A stretch of 64,000 nucleotides of DNA from Dehalococcoidia bacterium. GTDB lineage: Bacteria > Chloroflexota > Dehalococcoidia > DSTF01 > JALHUB01. How positions within the stretch are numbered: the first letter of the stretch is position 1; every line of letters begins with the position of its first letter. Below, piece by piece: positions 9,159 through 17,566 of this stretch. The stretch lies in NCBI GenBank assembly GCA_050010555.1, contig JBEKKV010000004.1:12266-76265 (forward strand). The letters are read 5' to 3'. The notes under the pieces are model-generated. The model did no database searches and was not told the DNA's origin. It was given only the letters and a program-made list of their open reading frames with translations. Both the position numbers and the translations under genes were made by a program.

Positions 9159-10195
9159 CAGTCTCCGCCTTTCTTGAAGCTGGGCATCGTGGCGAGCGCG
9201 TCACGGCCGAACAGCTTCCGCACGTCCTCAGGCTCTCGCACCGTGTCGTCGAACCAGGTGCGGAGGACGACCAGGAGCCCGGCGACTCCGAACCCGAAGA
9301 CGATGCCGGCGAACATGAGCATGGCGGTCATTTTCAGTTGAAGCGTCGGGCCCTTCGCGCTGGGCTGGTCGACGACCTGGAAATCGGTGTTCGACGAGGA
9401 GACCGACGCCTGCGCCCGCGCCTGGGCGTCGCTCAGCCGGCCGAGGGCGAGCTCGTACTGGGAGAGCCCGATGTTGTACGTGGACTGCAACTGCGCGAGC
9501 TGCTGGGCTTCGGAGGGAGGCCTGGGCGAGGTCAGCGACGCGGGATGCAGCGTTTCGAAGGCCTGCAGGTCCGTGTCCGATTGCGCCAGGCTCTGCTGGT
9601 CGGCGGCGACCTGCTTTGTATAGAAGTCGATGATGGCCGCGGCCTGTGTGCTGTCCTGCCCCAGGTTCTGTTTCTGGTAGGTGTCCAGCGCAGCCTTGAC
9701 CAGGGCTACGTCAGCGTCGGAGCCGCCGCCCTTATAGGTAAAGAGAAGCAGGTTATCGCCGCGCACCTGAGCGCTGAGGTTGGACTTCAGGGCCGCAAGG
9801 GCGCGGGCGTGGTTCGCCGCGACGTCTGATGAGGAAGTGCCGAACAGCGGCTTCGTCAGCGGGAAGTTGGCCAGCAGGCTGCCCAGCGTCGATCTCTTCG
9901 GCCACTGGCCGCTGTTAACCTGGTCGTCGAGGCCGGCAGCGGTGATCAGCGACGAGCGAAACGCCTCCGTGTTCAACCACTGGTTGAAGGCGTCGGCCTG
10001 GACCTGGGCCGGGGGCGCCAGGTTTGTTGTTGCCGTGGAATCGAGCAGGGACGAGGTCTCTGTCCAGGCGGTCGCCTCCACGCTGCTTTGCCGGCCCATC
10101 ATTAGTGCTCCAACGGCAACAAGCAGGGGCAACAGGATCGCTGGCACCAGCCACAACAGCGGATTTCGGAACGCGGTAATCAGATACGGCTTCAT
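9158..10195 (-). CDS. Polysaccharide co-polymerase / chain-length determinant (Wzz/CpsC-like)
   Basis: N- and C-terminal TM helices, coiled-coil, FQVVDQP motif, DDTVR..EDV tail; adjacent to the kinase domain. Confidence 0.8.
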   Translation of the reverse strand: MKPYLITAFRNPLLWLVPAILLPLLVAVGALMMGRQSSVEATAWTETSSLLDSTATTNLAPPAQVQADAFNQWLNTEAFRSSLITAAGLDDQVNSGQWPKRSTLGSLLANFPLTKPLFGTSSSDVAANHARALAALKSNLSAQVRGDNLLLFTYKGGGSDADVALVKAALDTYQKQNLGQDSTQAAAIIDFYTKQVAADQQSLAQSDTDLQAFETLHPASLTSPRPPSEAQQLAQLQSTYNIGLSQYELALGRLSDAQARAQASVSSSNTDFQVVDQPSAKGPTLQLKMTAMLMFAGIVFGFGVAGLLVVLRTWFDDTVREPEDVRKLFGRDALATMPSFKKGGD

Positions 10196-10213
10196 GATTC
10201 CTCTCTTTCTTGC

Positions 10214-11641
10214 TCAGCAGGCGCCTTTGCCGCTGATAACGCAGGGCACCGTTTTCGCCAGGATGATGATATCCAGCAGGAGCGAACGCTTCTGGATGTA
10301 GCGGACGTCCAGCCCCAGCATCTCCTCGAAGGTCAGGCCGCTGCGACCGCTTACCTGCCAGAGGCCGGTAATGCCCGGCTTGACCATCAGGCGGCGTCGC
10401 TGCAATTCGTTATAGCCCGGTATCTCGCGCGGCAGCGGCGGGCGCGGGCCGACCATACTCATATCGCCGCGAAGAACGTTGAATATCTGCGGTATCTCGT
10501 CGAGGCTGGTCTGTCGAAGGAAGCGGCCGACGCGCGTGATCCGCGGGTCCTCACGCATCTTGAACATGGGCCCCGTCGCCTCGTTCATAGCGCGCAACTC
10601 TTCCGGTATCTCCTCCGACCCCACGCGCATGGTGCGGAACTTGTACATGTTGAAGCCTCTGCCGCCGCGGCCGATACGGCTCTGCTTCAGGAGAATCGGG
10701 CCTTCGGAGTCCAGCCGAACGGCAATGGCCGCCACGAGGAGAGGCGGCAGAAGGAAAGGTAGCAGGACGAGGGCGCAGACGAGATCAACGGCGCGCTTTC
10801 CCGTCTCGTACAGGCGCTGCGAGATCGGCTCAGCGAGCTGGATGACCGGCGTACCGTCCCACGTGTGGAGCGAGGCGACGGTCATCGGCAAGCCGATTGT
10901 GCGCTGGAGCCAGGCCACGCGCAGGCCGTTCTCCTGGCAGTACTCCGCCATCTCCGCGACGAACGTCTGGTTCTCCTTTGACGCCGTTATGATCACGTGG
11001 CGGATTTCGTTCTGCTGGACCAACTGCCGCAGATCTTCCAAACTGCTCGCCGCGCCGGCGACCACTTTCACCGGCAGGAAGTCGAGCTCCGGAACAGAAT
11101 CGATACGCTGGAGCAGGCGTTTCGATTCTTCCGATTCGCCGAGCAGGAGGACCGGCACCGTGAGCGTCGACATTGGGAGAATCTGCCGTCGCAGACCCCG
11201 CAACGCGCCGCGGGCCATGATTATCGCGGGCGGCGCAATGATCCACGTCATTATGTATACCGCCGCGGAACACTCGGCGCGGATTAGCAGCGCCACCGCC
11301 ATCGTCAGGACGATGCTCACCGTAATGGCGCCGTATAGATCAGTGAGCTCGGAGTTGCGCAGCAGCGTCCGGAGACGGTCGTGGAAGCCAAACAGGCTCA
11401 GGACGGTGAGCGAAATGAGCGAGAAGAGCAGCGGGTGGACAAAGTTGACACCCGGAAAGACCGCCAACCAGCCGGAGGTGTCGGCTTGCCCCGGGAGCCA
11501 GTGCCCCACCGTCGCCGCCGCGACAAGGGCGAAAGTGTCGGCGACGAGGAAGGACGCCGGGAAGCACAAGCGGGCAACGGCAGCCGCCAGCGGGCCGGTC
11601 ATCGGGAAAGTGAAGGCTTCCCGCGTGTCACTCAGCCTCAA
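10214..11641 (-). CDS. Priming undecaprenyl-phosphate glycosylphosphotransferase (WcaJ/CpsE-like)
   Basis: KRAVD, YKFRTM, DPRITRVGRFLRQTSLDEIPQ, MSMVGPRP, KPGITGLWQVSGRS. Confidence 0.95.
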   Translation of the reverse strand: MRLSDTREAFTFPMTGPLAAAVARLCFPASFLVADTFALVAAATVGHWLPGQADTSGWLAVFPGVNFVHPLLFSLISLTVLSLFGFHDRLRTLLRNSELTDLYGAITVSIVLTMAVALLIRAECSAAVYIMTWIIAPPAIIMARGALRGLRRQILPMSTLTVPVLLLGESEESKRLLQRIDSVPELDFLPVKVVAGAASSLEDLRQLVQQNEIRHVIITASKENQTFVAEMAEYCQENGLRVAWLQRTIGLPMTVASLHTWDGTPVIQLAEPISQRLYETGKRAVDLVCALVLLPFLLPPLLVAAIAVRLDSEGPILLKQSRIGRGGRGFNMYKFRTMRVGSEEIPEELRAMNEATGPMFKMREDPRITRVGRFLRQTSLDEIPQIFNVLRGDMSMVGPRPPLPREIPGYNELQRRRLMVKPGITGLWQVSGRSGLTFEEMLGLDVRYIQKRSLLLDIIILAKTVPCVISGKGAC

Positions 11642-11704
11642 TGGTTCGTTCCACTCCTACAGAACGTTCGGGTTCCTCCCGCCACCAGCGTCTTCTCCAG
11701 ACGC

Positions 11705-12460
11705 TTAAGGAGGGCCGACGCGAGACACCAAAATGCGCAACACGACCGCTGTGTCGTGGAGCAGGTACCGCTTCCAGAGCCGGCGCGGCTCCATGACCAA
11801 CCGAAATGACCATTCGAGGCCGCGGCGCCGCATCCACATCGGCGCTCTGGACACCTCGCCGCTCAGCATGTCGAAGGCGGCGCCGACGCCTATAACCACA
11901 GGCACGTTCCAGCGCCGCGCATTGGCGTAGTTCCAGAGCTCCTGCCGCGGCGTCGGCAGCGCCACAAGAAGGATGTCCGGCTTTGCAACCGCAATGGCCT
12001 GGCGAATCCTCTCTTCTTCCTCTGGTGAGAAGTCCCCGATTGGCGGTGTATAGCAACCGACCACCGTGAGCCCGGGATAGCGCTCACGCAGGACCTTCGC
12101 CGTCGATTGCGCGACGCCGGGGCCAGCGCCGAGAAGGAACAGTCGATAGCCTTTTTCCGCTGCCAGCCGCGCGCACTGCTCGGCGAGATCGACGCCGGCG
12201 ATTCGCTCGGGAAGCCGACGCCGAAACAGGCGCGAGGCCCAGAGCAAGGGCATGCCATCGGCGACGGCGAGGTCGGCGGCCTCCAGCGCCTCGCGGAAGC
12301 CGGGGCTGGAGCGCGCGTGCCGGAGGTATTCGAGGTTTACCGTCACAATGCGGCGCGGCTTGCCCTCTGCGATGAAGCGCTCAATATGCTGGAGCGTCTC
12401 CCGCAGGGTTACGCTGTCCACGCGCACGCCGGTCACACGAAGACTGTTCTTTGGCATCAT
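11705..12460 (-). CDS. WecG/TagA/CpsF-family glycosyltransferase
   Basis: IVTVN, DGMPLLW, ERIAGVD, PRQE, GVGAAFD, RAP.WM...GLEW.FRL..EPRRLWKRY; start taken at MMPKN. Confidence 0.92.
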   Translation of the reverse strand: MMPKNSLRVTGVRVDSVTLRETLQHIERFIAEGKPRRIVTVNLEYLRHARSSPGFREALEAADLAVADGMPLLWASRLFRRRLPERIAGVDLAEQCARLAAEKGYRLFLLGAGPGVAQSTAKVLRERYPGLTVVGCYTPPIGDFSPEEEERIRQAIAVAKPDILLVALPTPRQELWNYANARRWNVPVVIGVGAAFDMLSGEVSRAPMWMRRRGLEWSFRLVMEPRRLWKRYLLHDTAVVLRILVSRVGPP

Positions 12461-12717
12461 TTGAAACTCAGAATAAAGGCTCGCTGTTAAAACGCTGTGA
12501 ACCGCGCTGCCCGCAGCGTGATCGTCTTGTGAAAAAGCATGCACGAGAGACGCTGGCTTAGCTTCTCGCATAGCGAGATCCCGCCGCCACCGGGCCACCC
12601 TGGGAGTTTAGGGTTGGATCTTCACGGCTACGCGCCGCCACCGGGTCCGCAACCGTGCAAGTGAAGAGGCAGCTTCCGTGCTGCCAACTCTGCGGAGGCG
12701 CTCTGAGTTATGACCCC

Positions 12718-12746
12718 ATGTTAGCCATGAGCGGGAGGTCTGTCAA
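12718..12746 (-). promoter_or_regulatory. Sigma70-type promoter of the EPS operon
   Basis: TTGACA-N17-TAACAT on the minus strand, about 250 nt upstream of the first gene. Confidence 0.7.
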
Positions 12747-12847
12747 TGAACTCTTCCGGGCAACAACCGGGGTGAGGAAAGATAGTTCTTCGTCATCGAG
12801 GAAGTCACCGCAGCCGCCGTGTGACAGCTCGCCCTGGGAGGATTGAG

Positions 12848-12879
12848 AGGGGCGAGGGCCCTCCCTGGCCCTCACCCCT
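12848..12879 (-). terminator. Hairpin downstream of the secreted GH/CBM gene
   Basis: AGGGGTGAGGGCC-N6-GGCCCTCGCCCCT; weak U-tract. Confidence 0.5.
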
Positions 12880-12901
12880 AATAACCTGTTAACCGACGCG
12901 A

Positions 12902-14674
12902 CTAGTAGGACAGTGAGAACCTGTCGACGCGCAGGTTGCGGTCGCATGTGCCGTAGTAGTCGTTGTCGAAGATGATCTTGATCAGATGGCCTCCCGCCGG
13001 TATCGATACGGGCGAAGTGTAGGGAGCCCATCGCGTCGCGTATACGTACGTGGACATTACGGTTGCTCCGTCAACGTTGACCACCATGTGGGGCGCCCCA
13101 TTGCATTGGTCGCCTTTGGCCCAAACCGTCAAGCTGGTCACGCCCCTCGGCAGGGTCAGCGTTCGCCAGATCAGCGCGTTGGACCAGATTAGCATTGCTC
13201 GGCCGTCGCTTGCACTGGGGCTTACGTAGACGGCGCCTGCGTTGCTGGGGAACAACCGCATCGCGTCACCGTCGAAGGCGAGCGCGGTGCCACCGACCGG
13301 CGTCGGCGTGATTGTCGGCGGAACGGGCGTCGCTGTCGGAGTCCACGGCACGGGTGTCGCAGTGGGCGTCGGCGGCACGGATGTTGCGGTTGGCGTCGAC
13401 GGCGCCAGCGTGGCCGTCGCTGTCGGGCGGACCGGCGTAGGTGTTGGAGTCTTGGGCACCGGCGTACTCGTCGGAACCAATGTCGCGGTTGGCGTCGACG
13501 CCGCCGGCGTGTTCGTGGGACGCGGCGTGGCCGTCGCTGTCGGGAGGGCCGGCGTAGCTGTCGGAGTCCGCGGCACAGATGTCGCAGTGGGTGTCGGCGG
13601 GACGGAAGTCGTAGTCGGCGTCGACGGCGCCGGCGTGTTCGTCGGACGCGGCGTGCTCGTGGCTGTCGGCGGCAGCGGCGTGCTTGTGGGACGCGGCGTG
13701 CTCGTCGCGGTCGGCACAACGGTCAGTGGTGGTGGTGTCGCAGTCGCCGAGGACCCGTTGGCAAGAGCATTTACCCTGGAGTTGAACATGCCGCACTCGT
13801 ATTTGATGTCTTGCGGCAGGTTCCAGCTCTGGGTGTTCGTCGCGTCGTAGTCTTCGATCCCCGGACCGAAGAGCAGCTTATCGATGTACGGCGAAAGCCC
13901 TGTCAGTTTGTCCTGTACCAACCAGCTCTCGACGAAGGTGGAACGCCGACCATTCAGACACTGGGAGTTGCCCAGCGGTATCTGCCAGACACCGATCTTG
14001 CGACCCATCGTTTGGCTGATCGCCTTGAACCAGTCCTCGAACATCTGAATCTGCGAGGCGGGCCAGGGATAAGTCCCCTTGTATTCCTGGTCGCGGTCCG
14101 AAACGTCAACGTAGATTGATTGCATGCGATCGCCGCCGGCGGCCAGCCAGCAGTCCTTCCAGCTTGCAGCGTCGGAGTCTGCCCCGACGTACGGGAGATT
14201 CCAGGGGCTCATGAAGAAGCCAAGGTTGGCGTTCGACGGGGCTGTCGACAGGAACCTGTCGACCACCTGCTTGCCCGTCGTAGCACAGGCGTTGGCGTTG
14301 CGGATGTAGCCGAACATGTCCGGCTCGACGACGACATCGACGGCGCGCCCGTCGGCCCGAATCGCATTCATTGCGTCGTCCCAAGTCGTCAAGTCAGGCG
14401 TCGTGCTGTCGTAGTTCGTGTAGATGACCAGCACGGGCTTCTTGCCGTTTGCGTAGGCGGTGTTGATGTAGTCGGGGATGATACTTGTGCCGCCGGGGAC
14501 GATGTACTTGTAAACATAGGTCAGCCCTGACGGCTCACTCGGAATCTGACTGGAATAGGCATCCACGCCTATTGGTATGGTTGTTTGGGCGCTGGACGGC
14601 GCCGTCCGAAGCGCCAGGAACGACACAAACGCAGTCGCAGTCAGCGCCAGGCTGAAAAGAAGATACTTCCTCAT
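12902..14674 (-). CDS. Secreted protein: putative glycoside-hydrolase-like domain, Pro/Thr linker, C-terminal CBM60-like domain
   Basis: Signal peptide; VVVEPDMFGY motif; long P/T repeat; C-terminal KGDQCNGAPHM.V.VDG...FDND...DRNL.VD typical of CBM60. Confidence 0.75.
   Translation of the reverse strand: MRKYLLFSLALTATAFVSFLALRTAPSSAQTTIPIGVDAYSSQIPSEPSGLTYVYKYIVPGGTSIIPDYINTAYANGKKPVLVIYTNYDSTTPDLTTWDDAMNAIRADGRAVDVVVEPDMFGYIRNANACATTGKQVVDRFLSTAPSNANLGFFMSPWNLPYVGADSDAASWKDCWLAAGGDRMQSIYVDVSDRDQEYKGTYPWPASQIQMFEDWFKAISQTMGRKIGVWQIPLGNSQCLNGRRSTFVESWLVQDKLTGLSPYIDKLLFGPGIEDYDATNTQSWNLPQDIKYECGMFNSRVNALANGSSATATPPPLTVVPTATSTPRPTSTPLPPTATSTPRPTNTPAPSTPTTTSVPPTPTATSVPRTPTATPALPTATATPRPTNTPAASTPTATLVPTSTPVPKTPTPTPVRPTATATLAPSTPTATSVPPTPTATPVPWTPTATPVPPTITPTPVGGTALAFDGDAMRLFPSNAGAVYVSPSASDGRAMLIWSNALIWRTLTLPRGVTSLTVWAKGDQCNGAPHMVVNVDGATVMSTYVYATRWAPYTSPVSIPAGGHLIKIIFDNDYYGTCDRNLRVDRFSLSY
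13290..13745 (-). repeat. Pro/Thr-rich coding tandem repeats (TATPTP-type)
   Basis: Degenerate repeats encoding PTATSTPRPT/TPTATPVP units within 12902..14674. Confidence 0.85.
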
Positions 14675-14850
14675 ACTCTACCCTCCTCCCTCACTCGGAA
14701 CTGGCCACCCGACGGGACGCAGACAAAACGAGAGGCCTTCCGGAATGTCCGGCCGGCCTCCACGTCAGTCGCGAAAGGTGTCCCGCGGGCGATGTCTGGA
14801 TGGATGGACGTTAGGCTAAGAGGACCGCCCCTTTCTTCGATACTTCTCAT
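14671..14850 (-). CDS. Putative 59-aa upstream ORF/leader peptide coupled to the GH/CBM gene
   Basis: GGGAGGAGGGG RBS, ATG at 14850, open frame to a TGA overlapping the next ATG (ATGA). Confidence 0.35.
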   Translation of the reverse strand: MRSIEERGGPLSLTSIHPDIARGTPFATDVEAGRTFRKASRFVCVPSGGQFRVREEGRV

Positions 14851-15091
14851 TCACCCCTCCTCCCAGCAACGACGAAGTATTGATGTCGATGCGGATGCTA
14901 GCCGAGGGAACTCAAGGAATTGTTGTCGATTTGTAAAAATCCCTGGATTCGCCTTCGGCTCGCATAGATTCGGGCGGCGCCCGTCTATGGCACGAGCCGA
15001 GCAAGCGCGCTGATGGGACTTTTGGAGGATTGGTCGAGACCGCGCCCTCAAATGTGCGCTGCACTGCTTCCGCCCCTCCTCGACTCGACTT

Positions 15092-15116
15092 GAATATCGG
15101 CATAAGCCCGATATTC
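15092..15116. promoter_or_regulatory. Palindromic putative operator
   Basis: GAATATCGG-N7-CCGATATTC perfect inverted repeat in the divergent intergenic region. Confidence 0.45.
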
Positions 15117-15185
15117 TGCTGTTCTTCCCTGAAACCCCAACCCCGCGAGCCAGCATACATCAGCGGCTCCGGCAAGGGGAATAAG

Positions 15186-15240
15186 GATTTGCCCTCAATT
15201 CTTGGCCGGCGGGAAGAAGAAGATTTGCCCTCAATTCTTG
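15186..15240. repeat. 19-bp direct repeat upstream of marR
   Basis: GATTTGCCCTCAATTCTTG at 15186-15204 and 15222-15240, just before TTGACA at 15259. Confidence 0.85.
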
Positions 15241-15369
15241 CAGAAAAACGCAAAAGGCTTGACAATTCGGTATCATTCAAGTTACCAAAGAAGTACGTCC
15301 GAATGACCGCCCAAGGACAAGGCTCCAATCGAAGGAGCGCCAAGTAAAACGAAAGGAAGGACCTGACTA

Positions 15370-15867
15370 GTGCCAAGAAAAGCCCCTGCCGCAAAGACCG
15401 CCGGAGCAGGCAAAGCCCAAGTGAATGGTGAGTGGCAGCCGTTGTATCAGGCATACAACGCTGTCTTCAAGGTGCAAGAGTCTGCGCTCATACCGCAGGG
15501 AATCTCCCTGCCACAGTTGCAGCTCCTGGGCCTTCTCGCCCGCGAGCGACGGCCGCTGACCATCAGCGCCCTCGCCAAGTGGATGGTGAAGGAGCCGAAC
15601 AGCCTGACCGGCCTCGTCGACCGCACGGAGGCGAAGGGTTGGGTGCACACGCACGGCGACCCCAAGGACCGCCGCAAGAGGCTGGTTGAGTTCACGAAGC
15701 CCGGCGTCAAGAAATTCGAAGACGCTTCGGCAGTGGCCGACCAGGCGGCAGCGAAGCTGTTCAGCGCGCTGACTCCCGCTGAGAAAGAGCACCTGAAGTC
15801 GTCCTGCGAGAAGATCCGCGACGCCGCTGCGGCCGATCTCTCTCGCAAGCCCGGAGTTCGCGCCTAG
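15370..15867 (+). CDS. MarR-family transcriptional regulator
   Basis: wHTH pattern: LTISALAK...NSLTGLVDR.E.KGWV...DPKDRR...VEFTKPG; AGGAAGG RBS. Confidence 0.92.
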   Translation: MPRKAPAAKTAGAGKAQVNGEWQPLYQAYNAVFKVQESALIPQGISLPQLQLLGLLARERRPLTISALAKWMVKEPNSLTGLVDRTEAKGWVHTHGDPKDRRKRLVEFTKPGVKKFEDASAVADQAAAKLFSALTPAEKEHLKSSCEKIRDAAAADLSRKPGVRA

Positions 15868-16203
15868 AGAACGAGGCACGTCCGCGCCGTCGCCGGCCGC
15901 CGGCACCTCACCGCTCGACCCGCCGTTTCGACGGCTGAGCGAAGTGGAGCTGTAACCGGCCGACGCTGCGATCCCTGGGCCGCTCGGCCTGCCTGGTGAT
16001 AGGCCTGCCGAGCGGCCCTCCCCTGCCCCCGACTTGACATTGCCCCGGTTTCCGCGGATCATATAAGCAGGCTAACGGTAACCGGTTGCCGCATTCGACA
16101 AGCTGGGCGAAGCATTCTTGCCCCGTGGTGGGCCGTTCCCTTGTCTCGATGATTGTGGCAGACTAGATTGCAGCCCGTTGCAATCGGAGGGACGTCTGCG
16201 GAT

Positions 16204-16674
16204 ATGGAAGGCAGCTTGAACGAGAGCGGAGCCGTTGCGGCTCCTCCTTCCGACCCCACGCTGGACGTCGTCTTATTCCGCTGCGTCACGTTGCCGCCGG
16301 GCGGCGCGATCCGGGAAGCCGCGCCCGCCAGACAGCCCGCCCCGCCTTCTGTGCGGGAGATCCGCGTCCCCTGTGCCGGGAAGCTCCAGCCGGAGCACTT
16401 CCTCAAGGCATTCGAGCAAGGAGTCGACCTCGTGCTCGTGGCGACTTGCGGCGACGGCCGCTGCCGCTACCTAGAGGGACGACGCCGCGTCGAACGACGA
16501 ATCGACTTCGTGAAAGACATCCTGGACGACATCGGCATCGGCGGGAAACGACTGGCTCTGATCGAGCCGGCGCCGGACGGCGGCGAGGGCGACCTCGCTC
16601 AAGCCGCAGCCACGGCGCTTGCCGGCCTCCAGCCGAGCCCGCTGTCCAGGAGCGCTAACCAGAGAGGCGGTTAA
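16204..16674 (+). CDS. MvhD/FlpD-like iron-sulfur protein (divergent N-terminus)
   Basis: IRVPCAGK, KAFEQGVD.V.V.TC..G.C.Y.EG, LDDIGIGG.RL; N-terminal CxxC not intact; GGAGG RBS before ATG 16204. Confidence 0.8.
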   Translation: MEGSLNESGAVAAPPSDPTLDVVLFRCVTLPPGGAIREAAPARQPAPPSVREIRVPCAGKLQPEHFLKAFEQGVDLVLVATCGDGRCRYLEGRRRVERRIDFVKDILDDIGIGGKRLALIEPAPDGGEGDLAQAAATALAGLQPSPLSRSANQRGG

Positions 16675-16675
16675 G

Positions 16676-17566
16676 ATGAGTCAGGCTACGGAGACATCGA
16701 CTCTGGCGCGGACGCTGGAAGACGGCCGCCGCGTCGTTACCGCGGAGCTCGTCGCGGCCGGCGTCCGAGACGCGGACGGCGTGAGAACGCTTGCCGCCGC
16801 GTTTCCCTCCTCGCTGGACGCACTCGTCGTCTCCAGCGGCGGCGAACGGGCCATCTCCGCCGTTGTCTCCTCCACGCTGCTGGCGGCGCAAGGCGTCGAG
16901 CCCGTGCTGGCGCTGCTGACCCGCGACCGCAACCGCGAAGCCCTTCTTGCTGACGCCGCCGGAGCCGCCGCCATGGGCGTCCGGAACATCCTTTGCCTGC
17001 CCGGCGACCACCAATCGCTTGGGTTCCAGCCGGAGGCCGCCGGTGTTTACGACGTCGATCCGGTCCAGCTCATCCAACTGCTCGCCGAGGCCGCGGACGG
17101 TGCGCCCTTCTCGCTCTTCGTCGGCGCCGAAGCTTATCCGCACCTGCGCCCGCTGGAGCTGAGCCTCATCGACGCGCGCAAGAAGGCGAAGGCCGGCGCC
17201 CGCTTCCTTCTGACCAGCCCCGTTTTCGATGCCGCGTCATTCGTCGAATGGCTCGACGCCGCGCGGCAGGAGAAGATTGACGAGCATGCCGCCATCATCG
17301 CCTCTGTCCAGCCTTTGGCGGACGTAGCGCAGGCGGAAGCGCTCCAGCGCCGCGGCCGCGTCCCGGAAGCCGTCGTTGCGCGCCTCAGGGACGCGACAGA
17401 CGCCGCATCCGAAGGTATCGCTATCTGCGCGGAGACCGCGTCGAAGCTGGCCAGCCTTGAGGGCGTACGCGGCGTGCATATCGCCTGGGGCGGGACGCCG
17501 GGCGTCGCCGCCGAGGTCATCTCGCGCGCGGGCTTGAACGGCAGCGCGGGGAAAGGCGCTTCATGA
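16676..17566 (+). CDS. metF: Methylenetetrahydrofolate reductase-like flavoprotein (divergent MetF)
   Basis: VVTAEL, TRDRNR..L, GVRNILCLPGDH, KK.KAGA.F..T.PVFD, EGVRGVHI. Confidence 0.8.
   Translation: MSQATETSTLARTLEDGRRVVTAELVAAGVRDADGVRTLAAAFPSSLDALVVSSGGERAISAVVSSTLLAAQGVEPVLALLTRDRNREALLADAAGAAAMGVRNILCLPGDHQSLGFQPEAAGVYDVDPVQLIQLLAEAADGAPFSLFVGAEAYPHLRPLELSLIDARKKAKAGARFLLTSPVFDAASFVEWLDAARQEKIDEHAAIIASVQPLADVAQAEALQRRGRVPEAVVARLRDATDAASEGIAICAETASKLASLEGVRGVHIAWGGTPGVAAEVISRAGLNGSAGKGAS

Noticed and set aside
13242-13850. Val/Gly-repeat ORF on the plus strand
   Set aside because: Antisense shadow of the Pro/Thr linker of 12902..14674
14690-14800. c-di-GMP-I riboswitch (GGGACGCA and GAAA fragments)
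   Set aside because: The fragments are on the wrong strand and in the wrong order; no GCAAAC...GAAA...GGGACGCAAAG arrangement
15186-15240. Possible mini-CRISPR
   Set aside because: Only two 19-bp copies with a 17-nt spacer and no cas genes
16070-16200. THF/SAM/ZTP riboswitch before the met/hdr cluster
   Set aside because: No recognisable consensus elements
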